A stretch of 20,000 nt of DNA from an uncultured virus (IMG/VR IMGVR_UViG_3300034159_000040). Its lineage: Duplodnaviria > Heunggongvirae > Uroviricota > Caudoviricetes. Location: the IMG/VR virus record IMGVR_UViG_3300034159_000040. The stretch is one strand, 5' to 3'. The translations under genes were made by a program, and so were the position numbers. This document shows, one piece after another, positions 15,116 to 20,000 of the stretch (position 1 is its first letter; each line of letters starts with the position of its first letter). Under the pieces are notes generated by a model. It had not been told where the DNA came from. It searched no databases and saw only the letters and a list, made by a program, of their open reading frames with translations.

Positions 15116-16399
15116 ATGGCCACTGGCGCCCCCTACGGCGACCCGAAAAACCTGATCGTGCAGGCCGCTGGCCTGTTTGCTCAGTCCATGCAGCGCAATT
15201 CGCGGCTCGCGAAGATGTCCGGACCCATCCCCAAAGGGGAGGCCGGTGTCGAGTCGACGCTGCGCACGCAAACCTCAACCGACTATCCCATCGTCAAGGT
15301 CATCGACCTGGGCAAGGGGACTGGCGACGAGGTGAAATTCAATCTCGTCCAACCGTCCGGCGCCTACCCGATTATGGGCGACCGCAAAGCCGAGGGCCGC
15401 GGCACGTCAATCGCCATTGATGAGTCCAAGCTGCGCGTCAATCAGGCCCGGTTCCCGATTGATCTCGGTAGCGTCATGGCTGGTATCCGTAGCCCGGTGG
15501 ACTTCCGCCGCATCGGTCGCCCGGTCGCGCAATCGTACATGGACCGCTATATCGACCAGTCCTACATCGTCCACCTGGCCGGGGCGCGCGGCTTCCACAA
15601 CAACATCGAGTGGGTCATCCCCTTGGAGTCCCACCCCGAGTTCGCTGAGATCATGGTCAACGAGGTCAAGGCCCCGACCAAGAACCGGCACTTCGTGGTG
15701 TCCGGGACCGGTGTCTCGGGCGTCATTGCCAATGGCGGCGCCCTGACCATTGCGACCACCGACCTGCTGAAATTCAGCGTGGTGGACGCCATGCGCTCGG
15801 TGCTCGACACCATCCCGCTGCCGCCTCCGATCGTGCGCATCCAGGGCGACCCGGCGTCCGAGGACGACCCGATCCGGCTGTGGCTGATGTCCCCCAGTCA
15901 GTACAACACGTTCGCCTCCGACTCGACCTTCCGCAGTTACCAGGCTAATGCGATGGCGCGGGCCAACTCCGCGCGGCAGCACCCGCTGTTCACCGGTGAT
16001 GTCGGGCTTTGGAACAACTTCCTCATCATGAAGATGGCGCGGCCGATCCGCTTCTACTCCGGCGACCCGATCAATTACGCGGCGAGCTACACCAGTGAGA
16101 CCGAATCCTCGCTTACCGTCCCGGCGGGGTTCAGCACGACCTTTGCCGTGGACCGTTCGCTGATCCTGGGTGGCCAGGCGTTGGCCGAGGCGTTGGCGGC
16201 GCACCCCAAGAGCGGCATACCGTTCTTCTGGTCCGAGAAGGAACTGGATCACGACAACAACGTCGAGCTGCTGATCGGCACCATCCGGGGATTGAGCAAG
16301 ATTCGCTGGAACATTCAGACCGGCGGCGGCGAGCAATACACCGATCACGGCGTCATTGCGGTCGATTCCGCGGTCCCGCTGTCTGCTGCCGGCTCCTGA
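15116..16399 (+). CDS. Major capsid protein, N4-gp56/DUF4043 family (427 aa)
   Basis: AGGAGG RBS, ATG 15116; PIV...DLGKGTGDEVKFNL, PIMGD..AEGRG, HLAGARG, VKAPTKNRHF, HPLFTG..GLWN, VDRSLILGGQALA, DHGVIAVD. Confidence 0.92.
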   Translation: MATGAPYGDPKNLIVQAAGLFAQSMQRNSRLAKMSGPIPKGEAGVESTLRTQTSTDYPIVKVIDLGKGTGDEVKFNLVQPSGAYPIMGDRKAEGRGTSIAIDESKLRVNQARFPIDLGSVMAGIRSPVDFRRIGRPVAQSYMDRYIDQSYIVHLAGARGFHNNIEWVIPLESHPEFAEIMVNEVKAPTKNRHFVVSGTGVSGVIANGGALTIATTDLLKFSVVDAMRSVLDTIPLPPPIVRIQGDPASEDDPIRLWLMSPSQYNTFASDSTFRSYQANAMARANSARQHPLFTGDVGLWNNFLIMKMARPIRFYSGDPINYAASYTSETESSLTVPAGFSTTFAVDRSLILGGQALAEALAAHPKSGIPFFWSEKELDHDNNVELLIGTIRGLSKIRWNIQTGGGEQYTDHGVIAVDSAVPLSAAGS

Positions 16400-16425
16400 T
16401 CAACCTGAACTTATAGGAAAAAATC

Positions 16426-16908
16426 ATGACGATCATTACCAGAAAATCCGTCGGGGTGCGGCAGTTCGGCGGGTCGGGCGCGCCCTATGGCAACGCCACG
16501 ATCGAGCAATTCATCCTCAAGACCAAGGCCGACGGCTCGGTCGATGACGCCGACGTGACGGCCGCCGTCGCGGTCGGCGACGTGATTCGGGTTGGTCAGC
16601 TGCTGGCCGGGTTCCGGCTGGACGATGCGAAGATCATCGCCGTCACCGGATGGACGGCCGCCGTGACTGGCAAAATCGGCTTTGCCTATGTCGATGGCGT
16701 GGACGATACCGCGGTGCCCCAGGACGATGCCTATTTCGGCACCGGGGTGACCCTGGCTACCGCGGGAGTCTATCGGGCGGCCGTGGCGAAAGCGCCGGCG
16801 GTCCTGGCGAAAGACGCGTGGCTGACGGTCACCACCGCGGGCGCGATCAGTGCCAAGGCGAGCGAGGTGCACTTTCTGATCATCGGCGTACTGCTTGGGC
16901 CGAAGTAA
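16426..16908 (+). CDS. Putative head decoration/minor capsid protein
   Basis: Immediately after the MCP, AGGA RBS, beta-rich Ala/Gly/Val/Thr composition. Confidence 0.68.
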   Translation: MTIITRKSVGVRQFGGSGAPYGNATIEQFILKTKADGSVDDADVTAAVAVGDVIRVGQLLAGFRLDDAKIIAVTGWTAAVTGKIGFAYVDGVDDTAVPQDDAYFGTGVTLATAGVYRAAVAKAPAVLAKDAWLTVTTAGAISAKASEVHFLIIGVLLGPK

Positions 16909-16919
16909 GGAGTACCACC

Positions 16920-17357
16920 ATGCGTCCGCAGTTTGAAACGATTCGCCTGCGCTACATCGGCCCGCGACCGTACTGGAAAGATAACCTGTACGACAGCGGG
17001 CTCGACTGGGAGACCGGGCAGGAGCGCGACGTGCCGGAGTACCTGGCGCGGTCCTTCCTGCGCCACCACGACACCTTCGAGGTCGCAACGGCCCCGGCCA
17101 GCGTGCCCCAGCACGAGATGGTGGACGACACCGCGGCCCTGCTCCAGCAGGAGCAGCACAAGCAGGCCGTCGAGGAGCATCGGGTGGAGGAGCAGAACCA
17201 ACTGACCGACAGCATCGAGCGGCTCGACAAAGCGGGACTGCTTCAGTTCGCGAAAACCCAATACAAGCAGGACCTAAAGCACACCGATTCGGTGCCGTCG
17301 CTGCGCGAGCAGTGCCGAAACCTGGTGCGGCGCTTCGGCGTGGTCGGTCAGCCGTGA
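16920..17357 (+). CDS. Phage structural-module hypothetical protein (145 aa)
   Basis: AAGGAG RBS then ATG 16920; RYIGPRPYWKDNLYDSGLDW..GQ.R.VP..LA..FLRH. Confidence 0.78.
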   Translation: MRPQFETIRLRYIGPRPYWKDNLYDSGLDWETGQERDVPEYLARSFLRHHDTFEVATAPASVPQHEMVDDTAALLQQEQHKQAVEEHRVEEQNQLTDSIERLDKAGLLQFAKTQYKQDLKHTDSVPSLREQCRNLVRRFGVVGQP

Positions 17358-18061
17358 CCCTGGAGGGTCTGATCGCCGAGTATCGGTTGCTCGCCAACGA
17401 CGATCTCGATCCGCCCTGGGTGACGGACACCCAACTGTGGACCTTCTTCGCCGAAGCGGAAAGCGAGGCCGCAATCCGCGGCCGGCTGCTCCTGGAGACG
17501 ACCGATCCGGCCGTCTGCCAGGTGGGGGTCACCGCCGGGGCCGCGACGTACCGACTGCACCCGGCGCTCTTCGAGGTGACCCATGCGGCGTTTTCCCCCG
17601 ACACCGAGACGGCCCGCTCGGTGTTGACGCTGGTGTCTCCCGAGTGGCTCGACCCCGACCCTGATGCAACTCGATCACGCTGCCACGATGGCTACGACAC
17701 CCCCTCAAGGGAGGACTGGCGCACGGACGGCGGTCGCCCGCGCGTTGCGTTGCACACGGGAAGTTCGCTGCTGATCGTGCCCACGCCCAATATCGCCGGC
17801 ACCCTGCACCTGGAGGGCTACCGAACGCCCCTGGGTGCCACCGGTAGCGATCCCGAGATTGCCGCTGTCCACCATCGCCAACTGATCCAGTGGGCGCTGT
17901 ACCGCGGCCTGGGTGTGCCTGGTGCGGAACAGCAGGACCCGGCGCGCGCCGCGCTGGCCCTGACGCAGTTCGAGCGGTACTTCGGTCTGCGTCCCGACAG
18001 CGACCTACGCCGGGAGACCCGTAGCGATCTCCCGCATCACGTCGTCGCGCACTGGGTCTGA
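17354..18061 (+). CDS. Putative head-tail adaptor protein
   Basis: GTG 17354 overlaps the previous stop; MTLEGLIAEYRLLANDD..P..VTD.QL..FFAEAESEAAIR, PEIAAVHHRQLIQWALYR...A......FERYFG. Confidence 0.72.
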   Translation: MTLEGLIAEYRLLANDDLDPPWVTDTQLWTFFAEAESEAAIRGRLLLETTDPAVCQVGVTAGAATYRLHPALFEVTHAAFSPDTETARSVLTLVSPEWLDPDPDATRSRCHDGYDTPSREDWRTDGGRPRVALHTGSSLLIVPTPNIAGTLHLEGYRTPLGATGSDPEIAAVHHRQLIQWALYRGLGVPGAEQQDPARAALALTQFERYFGLRPDSDLRRETRSDLPHHVVAHWV

Positions 18062-18062
18062 C

Positions 18063-18437
18063 ATGTCCGGAACCCCAGCCACCATCCACCGGCCACCCCA
18101 TCGGCTGGGGACGACGCTGCGCGCGTTCTCGCTCGATTTCGCCCATCCCGCGACGGAACTACCGAAAGACCTGACCGGCTTGACCGCCCGTCTGCTCTGG
18201 CAGGACCAGGACGGTGCCACGGTGGCCGACTGGGTGCTGGATGATGATCTCAAGCCGGGGCTCGCGTGCCCTGCCCCCGCGACTGGTCGCCTCTATGTTG
18301 GGACCGGCGCGGTTGATCCGCTGCCGATCCCCGCCCGCACCAGTTTGTTGCGCGGGGATCTGAGGATTGAATTGGATGGGGAGACCTTCGTGCCCATCGC
18401 GATCCTGCAACCGGTCTTTGAGGGCGTGACGCCGTGA
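18063..18437 (+). CDS. Hypothetical tail-associated protein
   Basis: DLTGLTARL...beta-rich pattern like small domains preceding phage fibres; GTGA coupling to the fibre gene. Confidence 0.62.
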   Translation: MSGTPATIHRPPHRLGTTLRAFSLDFAHPATELPKDLTGLTARLLWQDQDGATVADWVLDDDLKPGLACPAPATGRLYVGTGAVDPLPIPARTSLLRGDLRIELDGETFVPIAILQPVFEGVTP

Positions 18438-19870
18438 CTACCGAGGCCCTGCTCGTCACCGTCAACAGCACCGAGGATGTCTACACCGTCGTCGTGGCGG
18501 ATGTCGGTGGTCAGGGTCTGCCCGGAGAGCGCGGTGAACCTGGCCGCGGTCTGGACCTTAAAGGCACGGTCGCCACCACCGCCGACCTGCCCACCGAGAC
18601 GGCTTACCCCGGCGACTGCTGGATGGTCCAGGAAGACGCCCATGTGTGGGCGTTTGAGGGCGCCGGGGTCTGGTTCGATGCCGGGACACTGCAAGGTCCG
18701 GCGGGCGCTGATGGTGCCGACTCCACGGTTCCAGGGCCTGCCGGTCCTACTGGCCCCGCGGGCGCCGCGTCCACCGTGCCCGGTCCAGCCGGTCCGGCTG
18801 GCCCTTCAGGTCCGTCCGGGGCCGACTCCACGGTGCCTGGACCTACAGGTCCAACCGGCCCCGCGGGTGAGATTGGTCCGGCCGGACCTGCCGGGGCGAC
18901 TGGTCCGGCGGGCGCGGACTCTACGGTCCCTGGTCCACAGGGACCCCAAGGTCCCCAAGGCCCGACCGGCAGCGCCGGCGCCGACTCAACTGTTGCCGGA
19001 CCCCAAGGCCCGCAGGGTCCCCAGGGTCCCCAAGGCCCCGCCGGATCTGGCGGCACCGGGGCCGGCGTCACGGATGGCGACAAGGGCGACATCATCGTCT
19101 CGGAGTCCGGTGCGGTCTGGACGTTCGACCCCGGCGTGGTTTCGACGGCGGCCCGGGCGCTGCTCGATGACAGCACGGCCACGGCCATGCGCGCGACGCT
19201 CGAACTGGGCACGGCCGCCACCACCGCCACCACCGCCTACGCCACCACCGCCCAGGGCACCGATGCCCGCGTCCCGGTCGTTACCGGCCTGACCGATATT
19301 GGCGCCGCCCTGGCCGACGGCGACGAGTTCCCGGTCTATGACCTCTCGGCGACCGCGATCCGTAAGAGCGCGGCTTCGCGGCTGTGGACCTATGTCTCGG
19401 GGAAGATCGGCACGCTCGGCAGTGCCGCGGCGAAGGACGTGCCGGCCGCCGCAACCCGTGCCACCTCCTCCCAGGTCCCGCTCGGCGATGATCCGCGCCT
19501 GGTCTCACGAGGGGTGATCATCCCCCTGTCGTACCCCAACGCTAACCTCTTCGCTGAGAACAAGAAAGCGGTCTGGTCGTGGCCCGAGAACCGCACGATT
19601 ACCGGCTTTACGGTGTACTGCGATCCCGCTACAAAGCCCGCCGCGACCCACGCGATTTTCGACCTGACTACGCTTCATGCGACGACAGGCGTTGCCACCT
19701 CACTACTGACGACGAAAGCCCAGATCAGTACCGGCACCAGCAGTGGCAGCGGCACCCTCGCCGGATCAACCTATTCCTATATTGCCGGCACCTTGCTATC
19801 GATTGACGTGGATGCCGGGACCGATGGGCGCGGGTATTTCGCCAGCATCACCACCACGCTAACAGGTTAA
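18434..19870 (+). CDS. Collagen-like tail/head fibre protein
   Basis: Long Gly-X-Y tract, [13 protein letters not shown]...WT motif, Thr/Ala-rich shaft, beta-rich C-terminal domain. Confidence 0.85.
   Translation: MTTEALLVTVNSTEDVYTVVVADVGGQGLPGERGEPGRGLDLKGTVATTADLPTETAYPGDCWMVQEDAHVWAFEGAGVWFDAGTLQGPAGADGADSTVPGPAGPTGPAGAASTVPGPAGPAGPSGPSGADSTVPGPTGPTGPAGEIGPAGPAGATGPAGADSTVPGPQGPQGPQGPTGSAGADSTVAGPQGPQGPQGPQGPAGSGGTGAGVTDGDKGDIIVSESGAVWTFDPGVVSTAARALLDDSTATAMRATLELGTAATTATTAYATTAQGTDARVPVVTGLTDIGAALADGDEFPVYDLSATAIRKSAASRLWTYVSGKIGTLGSAAAKDVPAAATRATSSQVPLGDDPRLVSRGVIIPLSYPNANLFAENKKAVWSWPENRTITGFTVYCDPATKPAATHAIFDLTTLHATTGVATSLLTTKAQISTGTSSGSGTLAGSTYSYIAGTLLSIDVDAGTDGRGYFASITTTLTG
18690..19050 (+). 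repeat. Coding collagen (Gly-X-Y)n repeat interrupted five times by GA(D/A)STV(P/A)
   Basis: [30 protein letters not shown]...[23 protein letters not shown]; coordinates approximate. Confidence 0.9.
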
Positions 19871-19873
19871 ATT

Positions 19874-20000
19874 ATGACTGCTCCTGTGTTTAATCCCGAT
19901 CCGCAAGTCATCCTGAGCAAGGTCTATTTCAAGGAAGTGCTCAGTCTGTCGTCGCCGGAAAATCGCTTCGGGACCTTCGTCAACTGGGGACATATCCACG
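19874..20000 (+). CDS. Partial CDS running off the window end, probably tail-associated
   Basis: ATG 19874 three bases after the fibre stop; open to the end (MTAPVFNPDPQVILSKVYFKEVLSL...). Confidence 0.6.
   Translation, partial: MTAPVFNPDPQVILSKVYFKEVLSLSSPENRFGTFVNWGHIH

Larger units (their letters stand above)
1..20000 (+). mobile_element. Temperate tailed phage/prophage segment (replication, lysis, packaging, head, start of tail); podovirus-like head module with lambdoid O/P/Q control
   Basis: All credible genes are on +, tightly packed with ATGA/GTGA overlaps. Recognisable initiator, endolysin, terminase, portal, capsid and fibre genes. No att site or integrase in the window. Confidence 0.96.

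Noticed and set aside
18434..20000. Diversity-generating retroelement or invertible tail-fibre system
   Set aside because: No reverse transcriptase, invertase, or TR/VR-like repeat pair seen in the window.
1..20000. tRNA, rRNA, integrase, att sites or IS elements
   Set aside because: None recognised by eye; intergenic spaces are short and explained by promoters and terminators.

Overview
A single co-directional (+ strand), GC-rich segment of a temperate tailed phage or prophage, probably of a gamma/beta-proteobacterial host. Order: small early hypothetical genes; a sigma70-like promoter and AlpA/excisionase-type HTH gene; a lambdoid replication module (O-like initiator with six internal iterons, P-like helicase loader); a lower-GC multidomain gene (HNH + Bro-N + coiled coil + DNA Pol III tau C-terminal-like domain); nin-like small ORFs and a VRR-NUC nuclease; a lysis cassette (holin-like, membrane protein, M15 peptidase endolysin); a Q-like antiterminator; a three-gene accessory operon with its own promoter and repeats; a pR'/tR'-like late promoter-terminator; then TerS, TerL, portal, scaffold, a small CsrA-fold ORF missing from the ORF track, an N4-gp56-family major capsid protein, head-completion genes and a collagen-repeat fibre. 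The best candidates for new biology are the apparently captured tau domain next to the replication genes, the CsrA-like gene beside a GGA-loop hairpin over the capsid RBS, and the Acr/Aca-like operon. All family calls come from motif recognition by eye; no searches were run.
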